Positions 1-8,130 of a stretch of DNA of 64,000 nt are shown here, piece by piece. How positions within the stretch are numbered: position 1 is the first letter of the stretch; the number at the start of each line of letters is the position of its first letter. The stretch covers positions 224,001 through 288,000 of the forward strand of contig CAVYTU010000008.1 in the NCBI GenBank assembly GCA_963771465.1, written 5' to 3'. The notes under the pieces are model-generated. The model was not told where the DNA came from and made no database searches. It saw only the letters and a program-made list of their open reading frames with translations. Position numbers and translations under genes: made by a program. The DNA is from an uncultured delta proteobacterium (GTDB lineage: Bacteria; Desulfobacterota; Binatia; UBA9968).

Positions 1-912
1 CGGCTCATCGATCAAATTCGCTCCAGTTCGGTGGACGTGCTGATTCATGGCGAAAGCGGCACTGGCAAGGAACTGATCGCCAAGGCGCTCCACTACAACA
101 GCCCGCGCGCCAAGCAGCCCTTCGTCGCGCTCAACTGCGCCGCGCTGCCGGAAGCCCTAGTCGAAACCGAATTGTTTGGCATCGAAAAAGGCGTTGCCAC
201 CGGCGTCGAGCGGCGCATTGGCAAGTTTGAAGCGGCCCACGGCGGCACACTTTTTCTCGACGAGATCGGCGACTTGAGCCCGGCAGCCCAGGCGAAGATT
301 CTGCGGGTACTGCAGGAGCGAATCGTCGATCGCGTCGGCAGCCGCACGCCGGTGCCGGTCGACGTGCGCATCATCGCCGCAACCAATCGCAACCTCGAGA
401 CTTGCATGCGCGAAAAACAATTTCGCGACGACCTTTATTACCGTTTGAGCGTGGTGCATATACAACCCCCGGCGCTGCGGGAGATTCCCGAAGACGTGGC
501 GGTGCTAGCCAACCATTTTCTCCAAAAACACTGCGCGGCAAGTATGACCGCGCTCAAAGAGTTTACCCCCGGCGCGTTGGCATTGTTGACGGCTCACGAC
601 TGGCCCGGGAACGCGCGCCAGCTGGAAAATGAAGTGAAGCGGCTGGTCGCTTCGGTGCGCACCAGGGTCATCACCGAAGCGCAACTGGCTCTGCCGGCAG
701 CGCGCAAACTGGATCAATCACAGCCTGGGGCCGGGCTGCAAACCGGGCAAACTCTTTTCGATGCGCTGCAAACCCTCGAGCGAAAAATGATCGAAGAAGC
801 GCTGAGCCAAGCCGCCGGCAACAAGCACAAAGCTTCCCAGCGGCTCGGACTAAGCCGCCAAGGACTGATCAAAAAACTCAAACGCCTCGGCATGACCGCG
901 GCGGTAGATTGA
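1..912 (+). CDS. Sigma-54-dependent transcriptional activator (AAA+ and Fis-type HTH), 5'-truncated by window edge
   Basis: Frame is open from base 1. Walker A GESGTGKE, Walker B TLFLDEIGD, FRDDLYYRL, WPGNARQLEN and a C-terminal HTH are present. The GAFTGA loop reads GVATGV. Confidence 0.95.
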   Translation, partial: RLIDQIRSSSVDVLIHGESGTGKELIAKALHYNSPRAKQPFVALNCAALPEALVETELFGIEKGVATGVERRIGKFEAAHGGTLFLDEIGDLSPAAQAKILRVLQERIVDRVGSRTPVPVDVRIIAATNRNLETCMREKQFRDDLYYRLSVVHIQPPALREIPEDVAVLANHFLQKHCAASMTALKEFTPGALALLTAHDWPGNARQLENEVKRLVASVRTRVITEAQLALPAARKLDQSQPGAGLQTGQTLFDALQTLERKMIEEALSQAAGNKHKASQRLGLSRQGLIKKLKRLGMTAAVD

Positions 913-1164
913 TCGCGTCCTACGCAAACCCATCGGCGCCGAGCATCGCCGCCGCGGCATTCGTCAATCAAATCCCGCTCGCAACCGCCACAAAAAGCTG
1001 AGCTGGTAATGATACAACTGCCGTTCGCCCCGCCATAAGAGCGGGACGAACGGCAGTTGTTGGTTTGCACCCAACGATGACTTTTCCCGGGTGCCGGCTG
1101 TCGGACGTGAAGCGAAATCGGCTACAGCCGAAGATCGAGGGAAGCAATGGTGACTTCGGCCCAT

Positions 1165-1407
1165 TCACCCCACGCCGATATTTTTGAGCGCCTCTTTCAG
1201 GGCCGCGCGCAGCAGCGGATTACGCTTGGCCACCGTCGCGTAAGCCTTTTTGGCCGCTTTCTGTTTATCCGCGGCGCTCTTCGCCTTGGACGACTTGATC
1301 AGCGCCTGAACTGCGGCATTGAGATCCTTGTTCGCGCTAACCAGTTTGCGATTGGCCTTGCGCAGCTTGGATACGGCTGCGGCCGGCAACTTTGTGCCTT
1401 TACCCAT
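1165..1407 (-). CDS. Small, very basic Lys/Ala-rich protein (80 aa), unknown function
   Basis: ATG preceded by a very strong SD (AAGGAAGGGAGGTGA); co-oriented 56 nt downstream of the hydrolase gene; 16 Lys, 4 Arg, 19 Ala, 3 acidic residues. Confidence 0.8.
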   Translation of the reverse strand: MGKGTKLPAAAVSKLRKANRKLVSANKDLNAAVQALIKSSKAKSAADKQKAAKKAYATVAKRNPLLRAALKEALKNIGVG

Positions 1408-1463
1408 AACTCACCTCCCTTCCTTTTTATGAATGCGAGTCGAAATAAACGGTTTCATGCGCG

Positions 1464-3245
1464 CTACGGACAACCGTCCCGTCGCGTTGGCGATGCCCGA
1501 AAGTCCGCTTGCAGCAACTTTATACTTTGCGCCACCGTCGGGTCGCCAAGAAACTTTGCCGCCGGTAAATCCTGAAATTTTTCCAGAACGGTTCTAAGCG
1601 CCGCGCCGAGTTGAGTATCGACGGCCGGGATAAACATCGCGTGGCCCATGCCGCGGAACTCCAACAGCGCGCGTTCACCCTTGAGACCGTCGCGATAGAA
1701 ATCTTCCGCTTGACAGCCGGCGATCACCGAATCGCGCGCTCCTTTGAGAATCAGGGTTTTCACTTCGTGGACGTGCCTTTTCGGCGTCCACAGACACACC
1801 GGCTTAGTTTGATCCGTGCCGATGCGTTTGGCTTCGGCGCGCAGCAAATCTTTGCCGTCACCGCTGCCATTGGTGAATGCGGCGACATCTCCGCCGGTGA
1901 AGCAGCCATCGGTGTCTAACTGCACCATCCCCGGCCGCAGCAACGTGCGCGCCACGCCGTCGTATAAGCCGAACACCTGATTGGCGCGGATCGATTCCAA
2001 TCCGCTTCCCTGCTCGGCGTTACTCTTGTCCGAGACGATACCGCAGAGTTTGTTGGCGCAGGATGCATTTTGAAAAAACGGCGCGTCTTGAACGCACTGG
2101 CGTTGCGGCAGGGTCACTTGGGCCGGCACCTTGTCATTCAACATTAGATAGTAGCCGACCACCAGCGCTGCATTCACCTGAGTGGAGAAATCGCGCAGGT
2201 AGGGGGAAAAATCTTTCTCCGGCGCGCCGGTAAACTGAAGTCTTTTGATCGCGACGTAAAATTCCTTGGGAAAACGCAGCCGCTGTTTGCTGTCGCTAGA
2301 TTTTTGCAACGCATCGTAATGATCCGTGACGAAATCGACGGAGCCGAAACTTTGCTCGATAGCGCTGATCGCGTTTTCCAGCTGACGCGACAGTTTGGCG
2401 GCGTCATCGAGCGACAAAAAGCAAAAGTTGTTGGTTCCCGGCGGCCCGACCACCGCTTTCACGTCGCTGATATTTTCTTTGCTCTCGCCGAAAAAAGTGA
2501 TCACCTTGACCGGCAGCTTTTTGTCCTGGCAGTTGCAGGGCTGCGGCGCCTGGGACCGGTAGAGCGAAAAGATTCGCGCCAAATTCTCCGCCGTCATCTT
2601 TCCCCGCGCCGCGTGAGTATCGCGGTCGCGTACCACCGGCGCCGACAGCACCAACGATTTTACTTTTGCCGGGCCAAATTTGGCAGCATAGAGTTGCGCC
2701 GGGACGGAGCCCCAACTATGGGAGTAGATCGCATCCCACGGTTTCTTGCCAAGCAACGCTTTTCTGATGCGCTCCATGTCGTCCGCCACGTATTCGGCGC
2801 GCAGAAACTGATCGTATTTGTTATCGCCGTTGATGACGCTGCGGCCGCCGCCGCGCAGGTCGAAGTAAACGATGTTATGCTTCGCTTCGAGATATCCGAG
2901 CATGCGATTGGTTTGATCGAGGTGATCGACCAGCTGTCCCGGTCCTCCCGCGATAAACAAAATGTTTTTGCGACTCGCTCGGGCTAGGCTGAAACCCTTG
3001 CCGGTAAAATAATGGAGATCGAACTTGCAGTTATCGTCGTGGCAATTGAAGGCTTTGGGCATGGCGAGATCGTCCGGCAATAATCGTACGTCGGAGACTT
3101 TTTGCCAGCGCTGACCGCCCGCGTTACTCGGCCGAGGATTCATCTCGCTGACGCTCCATTGAGAGGCCGGCGGTTTTTCCCCACCCTGGAGCGAGCCGGC
3201 CAACGCTAACAGCATGATCCCGTAGCAAAATAATTGCTTAACCAT
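1464..3245 (-). CDS. Exported alpha/beta-hydrolase (S33/prolyl aminopeptidase-like)
   Basis: Oxyanion motif AGGPG, DLRGGGRS, nucleophile elbow SHSWG, Asp in GARD, His in GMGH. Signal-peptide-like N-terminus from ATG 3245 (ORF extends to 3272). Many Cys. Confidence 0.85.
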   Translation of the reverse strand: MVKQLFCYGIMLLALAGSLQGGEKPPASQWSVSEMNPRPSNAGGQRWQKVSDVRLLPDDLAMPKAFNCHDDNCKFDLHYFTGKGFSLARASRKNILFIAGGPGQLVDHLDQTNRMLGYLEAKHNIVYFDLRGGGRSVINGDNKYDQFLRAEYVADDMERIRKALLGKKPWDAIYSHSWGSVPAQLYAAKFGPAKVKSLVLSAPVVRDRDTHAARGKMTAENLARIFSLYRSQAPQPCNCQDKKLPVKVITFFGESKENISDVKAVVGPPGTNNFCFLSLDDAAKLSRQLENAISAIEQSFGSVDFVTDHYDALQKSSDSKQRLRFPKEFYVAIKRLQFTGAPEKDFSPYLRDFSTQVNAALVVGYYLMLNDKVPAQVTLPQRQCVQDAPFFQNASCANKLCGIVSDKSNAEQGSGLESIRANQVFGLYDGVARTLLRPGMVQLDTDGCFTGGDVAAFTNGSGDGKDLLRAEAKRIGTDQTKPVCLWTPKRHVHEVKTLILKGARDSVIAGCQAEDFYRDGLKGERALLEFRGMGHAMFIPAVDTQLGAALRTVLEKFQDLPAAKFLGDPTVAQSIKLLQADFRASPTRRDGCP

Positions 3246-3282
3246 TTGGACATGCACCTGCGCGCGCAACACGTCGTTTATT

Positions 3283-6200
3283 CTAGGGCGTCAGTTTGAT
3301 GCTCGACAGTTTGCGTTCGGGCACCGCCACGGCTTGGGCCAGCACGCCGGAGAATTGCTTTAGGGCGTGCGCAACGAAACTTTCATCGAAGCGAGCGACC
3401 TTATAGTTTACAATTGCTGTCAACGCCGTTGACGTTTCGCGAAAGTCGAAACTTAGATCCGCCGAGGTAAATGCAACATCCGCCGCCGCGGCGCGATCTG
3501 TACCACCAAGAGAAGCAATTGTAAGGCCAGAAACTGACTCAGATTGAAATGCAAACCGGCGATAGTTCATCATAACTTGATACAGGGATCGGTTCGGTGA
3601 GTTCTTCTTATCTTGCAGCGCACGCACGAGAGATTCGATGGGCAAGTCCTGATGGGCGAAGGCGCCAAGAGCCGTGGCACGGGCCTGGTCCAACAGTTCG
3701 ATGAACGACATGCGCGGCGCGATCTGCGCGCGCAGCACGACGGCGTTGACGAGATAGCCGATCAACTCTTCGGTGTGCGGGCGGCTGCGGTTTGCAACCA
3801 GCGTTGCGATGCGAATATCGCGGCTGTCAGTCAAGCGCCAGAGCCAAGCGTCGAGCGCCGCCAGGAGCACGACGAACGGCGTGAGCTTGCGGCGCCGGGA
3901 TAACTCGCGCACGCCGGCGAAGAGATCGGCATCCAAAGTCAAGAATTTGCGGGCACTGCGATAGCCAGATCGCGCGCCTCGCCTTGGCGCTCCGGTAAAC
4001 TCAAGGCGCGGCGCGGCGCCGGCGAGAATGTTACGCCAATATTTGAATTGCTCATCAAAGCCACCGGTTTCTAACAACTGATTTTGCCAACGGGTAAAGT
4101 CGGCGAATTGAATCGGCAAATCGGCTAACGGCGATGGTAAACCGCGAGCAAACGCTTCATAGAGTTTGGTCAGCTCGTAGCGAAACCGCCGGAGCGACCA
4201 TTGATCGCCGATGATATGGTGCAGGGTAACCAGCAGCACATGCTCGCATGGCGCCAACCGAATAAGCTTCACCCTAAACGCCGGCCGGGTCGCCAAATCG
4301 AATGTCGCACTGGCATCGTGGTTCGATAAGCGCGCCAATGCGGCTTGCCGCTGACCCGGCGCGAGCGCGGTCAGATCGACCACGGAGCAAACGAGCTTTT
4401 GGCTGCGGCGAATCGTTTGCGCCGGCGCGCCATCCACATCTCGGAACAGCGTGCGCAGCACGGCGTGGCGATCGACGATGGTTTGCAAGCTTCTCCTGAG
4501 CGCCGCAACGTCAAGCGGGCCGGTGAGACGGTAGCCGTAAGGCAAATGTAAAAACTCGGCGCCCGACAACAGATCATCGAGCGTAAGAAACTGTTCCTGC
4601 GCCGAGGATAGCGGCAAATGGCCGCCGAGGCTCCTAGCGGTAATCGCTGGCAAGCCTTCACCGTTGCCTTGGCGCATAGCGGATTCGAGATTACGAGCGA
4701 CGCCTGCAATCGTCGGCGCGTCGAACAAATCGCGCAAAGAGAGGTCAACTGCGAACGCTGCGCGCAACCGAGCAGTGAGTTGGGTCGCCAAAAGCGAATG
4801 ACCGCCGAGCTCAAAAAAATTCTCATCGACGCCGACTCGTTCAAGCCGCAGCAGCTCGCGCCAGATCACGGCGACGACACCCTCGACTGCCGTGCGCGGT
4901 TCAACGATATCATTCGTCGAATGCATGCTTGGCGCCGGCAGGGCGCGCCGGTCCACTTTGCCGTTGGGCAACAGCGGCAGATAATCCAGAATAACGAAGT
5001 GAGAAGGAATCATCGCTTCAGGCAGCCTTAGCCTGAGAAACTCGCGCAATTCGCTAACGGATAATTCAGCCGCTGGTTTAGAAACCACGTAGGCGCATAA
5101 CAAACCGTCCGATTTGTCATCTGGAATTTGCAATCTGCAATCAGCAGAGCCACCCCGTTCTTCCACCAACGCCGCCACAACGCAGTCTTGGATTTTCCTA
5201 TGCGCCCGCAGCGCCGCTTCGATCTCAGCGAGCTCGATGCGTTGGCCGCGAATCTTGATTTGCCGATCGTCGCGGCCGAGAAATTCGAGATTGCCGTCCG
5301 GCAAATAACGCGCGAAATCGCCGGTGCGAAACAGTCGAGCGGTTGAATCGCGGTCAAACGGATTGGGAATAAACCGCTCCGCCGTCAATTCCGGCCGATG
5401 CCAATAGCCGCTCGCCAGTCCGGCGCCGCCAACGAACAGCTCGCCGGTAAGCCCGATGGGAACCGGCTGCATGCGTGCATCGAGCAAATAAATCTCCGTG
5501 TTCGCGATGGGCCGGCCGATGGGGACGCCGGCAGCGCCGATGGGTCGGCGATACTCGAAGCAAGTCACGTCGGCGCCGACTTCCGACGAACCGTAAAGAT
5601 TCAACAGAGTCGCGCGCGGATGGCTCTTCTTGAATCTGTCGGCTAATGCCGCGGGCAACTCTTCGCCGCTGCTAGTCCAATAAACCAATTGGGGCAGTTT
5701 ATTTTGCAAGTTCGGCGTGCCATCGAGCAACGCTTGCAGCAGCGACGGCACCAATACGATGCGCGTGATCCGATGCTCGGCGAGAAACTCCACCAAGCGG
5801 TGGGGCTCGCTCGCCGCCTCATCGGACGCAATCACCAAACGGACACCTTGAAGCAAGGGACCGAATATTTCCCACACCGAATCGACGAAGCTCAACGAAG
5901 TCTTCATGCAACAGACTTCGCCCGGCGCGAACGGAAACTGTTTCCACATCCAATGAAACCGATTGAGCGCGCCGCGATGGAGTGCGACAACACCTTTGGG
6001 CGCCCCAGTGGAGCCAGACGTATAGATCACATAGGCCGCATCCTCCGCGCGCGCGCCGGTGGCCGGATTATTCGCGCGGGCTGTTTCGATCTCCGGCCAG
6101 TCGCGGTCGAGGCACACGACTTTGAGCCGAGGCTCGAGGGTAGAGTATCGAAGAGCGCGATCCTCCATTCCTTCGACTTCGCTCAGGACAGGCATCCATC

Positions 6201-8130
6201 CTCGCTCCTCGACCCATTTCTCTTTCGTGATCAGAATCGCCGCCCGCGAATCCTCCAGCATCATTTTCAATCGCGCATCAGGATAACGCGGGTCCAGCGG
6301 CACGTAGGCCGCGCCGGCTTTAAGAATCCCCAACAGTCCAACCACGCTCTCGATGGAGCGCTCAACGCAAATAGCGACGAGCGTTGGCGGAGCGCTATTC
6401 AAAGCGAGCAGATGATGCGCCAGCTGGTTCGCCCTCCGATTCAGCTCTCGATAGGTAATCTCCGTGCCGGCAAACTCCAATGCGACGGAATCCGGCGCTT
6501 GCTCGACACGACTTTCGAATAGGTCAGGGATACATCCATCGGCCGGAAACTCGGCGCTGGTATCATTCCAGTCGATCAGCAATTGGCGCCGCTCAAGCAG
6601 ACCAAGCATCGGCAGCGTAGCAATGGATTGCGCGGAATCAGCAGCGACGCTTTGCAGCAGCGTGACAAAATGGCCGGCCATTCGTTCGATAGTCGCCGGC
6701 TCAAATAGATCGCGGGCGTACTCAAAATAGCCGAGCAGCTTACCATCGCGTTCACGCAAATAGAGCGACAGATCGAACTGCGCGGTTTCAGTCTCGACAT
6801 CGACGGATTGTAGTGCGATATCGCCAAGCGTCGACATGCGACGCACCGTGTTTTGCAGCACGAACATAGTTTGAAACAGCGGCTGGCGATTGTTTTCCCG
6901 CGCCGGCTTGAGCGCTTCGACGACCCGTTCGAAGGGCACATCCTGATGGGCGAAGCCATCTAGACAGGTTTCGCGCACGCGTTGTAATAATTCTAGGAAG
7001 CTCGGTTCGCCGGAAAAGTCGGCGCGCAACGCCACCGCGTTGACGAACAAGCCGACCACCGGTTCGAATTCGCGCCGCTCACGACTCGCCACCGGCGCGC
7101 CGACCAGAATATCGCGCTGCCCGGTATAGCGATGGAGTAAAAGCTGAAAACCTGCCAACAGCGTCATGAACAGCGTGGCATTTTCTTGCCGGCTCAAATC
7201 GCTCATCGCCTTCGTCAATCGCTCATCGAGGACAATCGGCACGCGCGCGCCGCGAAAACTTTGGCGCGCCGGTCGAGCATGATCCGTCGGCAGATCCAGA
7301 GTCGGCGGGTCGGCGAGCTGTTTTCGCCAATAGGCCAAGTGCGCTTCAGTCTCCGCTTTGGCCAGTTCTTCGCGCTGCCAAAGCGCATAGTCGCGGTATT
7401 GAATCGGCAACTTCGCCAATGACGGCGGCGCGCCGTTCGCATAGGACTCGTAGAGCGACCAGATTTCATTGGACAGAATACCCATGGACCAAGCATCGGC
7501 CACCATATGATGGGTGCAGTAGACGAGCAGATGTTCTTGATTGCCCAGCCGCACAAGTTGCGCGCGTAACAAGCGTCCGCTGGATAAATCGAAGGGCTGG
7601 CGCGCCAATGCATCGACGACATGTTGGCTTTCGCGTTGGCGCTGTTGCGCCGGGAGCCGACGGAGATCGACGACGCGTAGAGCCAGCGGCTCGAAACGGG
7701 CCGTCTGCTGCGCAGCGCGTCCATCGAGGATAAAAAACTTACTGCGCAGCGCTTCGTGGCGCCGGAGAATGCCATTCACACTTTGATCGAGAGCTGCGAC
7801 GTTCAGCGTGCCGCGAACGCGCGTAGCGCGGCACAGATTGAAAACCGCGCTGCCCGGAGCCAACCGTTCAACGAACCATAACCGCTCTTGAGCGAATGAC
7901 AGCGGCGTGGGCCGGTCCGGGCGCGACCGAGGAATCGTTGCCATCGCGCGCTTGGGAGTCACTCCCCTTTGCCGCAGCAAATCGAGCAGCGCATCTTTCC
8001 GCGCCGCGATCCGTTGGCGCAGCTTCTCGTTCAATGCGCCTTTCGGCGCATCGACGCGCAGCCGCGCGCCGTTTGCGCTGACGCGAATGTCGAGGCGATT
8101 CAGTTCAGCGATAAAATCCGCGGCGTCTAT
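3283..8130 (-). CDS. NRPS subunit 3: TubC_N-type docking domain-C-A(beta-Ala-like)-T-terminal C
   Basis: C motifs HHMVADA and HHIIGDQ; A motifs YTSGSTGAPKG, FVDSVWE, YGSSE, NGKVDR; T motif GGHSL. The docking domain extends 32 codons upstream of the track start (8034) to an ATA at 8130. Confidence 0.93.
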   Translation of the reverse strand: MDAADFIAELNRLDIRVSANGARLRVDAPKGALNEKLRQRIAARKDALLDLLRQRGVTPKRAMATIPRSRPDRPTPLSFAQERLWFVERLAPGSAVFNLCRATRVRGTLNVAALDQSVNGILRRHEALRSKFFILDGRAAQQTARFEPLALRVVDLRRLPAQQRQRESQHVVDALARQPFDLSSGRLLRAQLVRLGNQEHLLVYCTHHMVADAWSMGILSNEIWSLYESYANGAPPSLAKLPIQYRDYALWQREELAKAETEAHLAYWRKQLADPPTLDLPTDHARPARQSFRGARVPIVLDERLTKAMSDLSRQENATLFMTLLAGFQLLLHRYTGQRDILVGAPVASRERREFEPVVGLFVNAVALRADFSGEPSFLELLQRVRETCLDGFAHQDVPFERVVEALKPARENNRQPLFQTMFVLQNTVRRMSTLGDIALQSVDVETETAQFDLSLYLRERDGKLLGYFEYARDLFEPATIERMAGHFVTLLQSVAADSAQSIATLPMLGLLERRQLLIDWNDTSAEFPADGCIPDLFESRVEQAPDSVALEFAGTEITYRELNRRANQLAHHLLALNSAPPTLVAICVERSIESVVGLLGILKAGAAYVPLDPRYPDARLKMMLEDSRAAILITKEKWVEERGWMPVLSEVEGMEDRALRYSTLEPRLKVVCLDRDWPEIETARANNPATGARAEDAAYVIYTSGSTGAPKGVVALHRGALNRFHWMWKQFPFAPGEVCCMKTSLSFVDSVWEIFGPLLQGVRLVIASDEAASEPHRLVEFLAEHRITRIVLVPSLLQALLDGTPNLQNKLPQLVYWTSSGEELPAALADRFKKSHPRATLLNLYGSSEVGADVTCFEYRRPIGAAGVPIGRPIANTEIYLLDARMQPVPIGLTGELFVGGAGLASGYWHRPELTAERFIPNPFDRDSTARLFRTGDFARYLPDGNLEFLGRDDRQIKIRGQRIELAEIEAALRAHRKIQDCVVAALVEERGGSADCRLQIPDDKSDGLLCAYVVSKPAAELSVSELREFLRLRLPEAMIPSHFVILDYLPLLPNGKVDRRALPAPSMHSTNDIVEPRTAVEGVVAVIWRELLRLERVGVDENFFELGGHSLLATQLTARLRAAFAVDLSLRDLFDAPTIAGVARNLESAMRQGNGEGLPAITARSLGGHLPLSSAQEQFLTLDDLLSGAEFLHLPYGYRLTGPLDVAALRRSLQTIVDRHAVLRTLFRDVDGAPAQTIRRSQKLVCSVVDLTALAPGQRQAALARLSNHDASATFDLATRPAFRVKLIRLAPCEHVLLVTLHHIIGDQWSLRRFRYELTKLYEAFARGLPSPLADLPIQFADFTRWQNQLLETGGFDEQFKYWRNILAGAAPRLEFTGAPRRGARSGYRSARKFLTLDADLFAGVRELSRRRKLTPFVVLLAALDAWLWRLTDSRDIRIATLVANRSRPHTEELIGYLVNAVVLRAQIAPRMSFIELLDQARATALGAFAHQDLPIESLVRALQDKKNSPNRSLYQVMMNYRRFAFQSESVSGLTIASLGGTDRAAAADVAFTSADLSFDFRETSTALTAIVNYKVARFDESFVAHALKQFSGVLAQAVAVPERKLSSIKLTP
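5111..5145. repeat. Degenerate tandem heptamer repeat inside an NRPS A domain
   Basis: GATTTGT CATCTGG AATTTGC AATCTGC AATCAGC. Confidence 0.7.
6160..6211. repeat. REP-like element (CTTCGACTTCGCTCAGGACAGGC) nested in ATCCTCG-type heptamers, in frame within NRPS 3
   Basis: The 23-mer at 6171-6193 translates on the minus strand as PVLSEVEG and is flanked by ATCCTCC/ATCCTCG/CTCCTCG units. Confidence 0.65.

Noticed and set aside
964-1168. Two alternative 66-aa ORFs directly after the Lys-rich gene (964..1164 and 968..1168)
   Set aside because: Both abut the upstream stop, but neither has a recognisable motif or a convincing composition. I cannot choose between them or support either.
1147-1575. 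142-aa plus-strand ORF
   Set aside because: It is the antisense shadow of the Lys-rich gene and the hydrolase end; the minus-strand gene has the strong SD.
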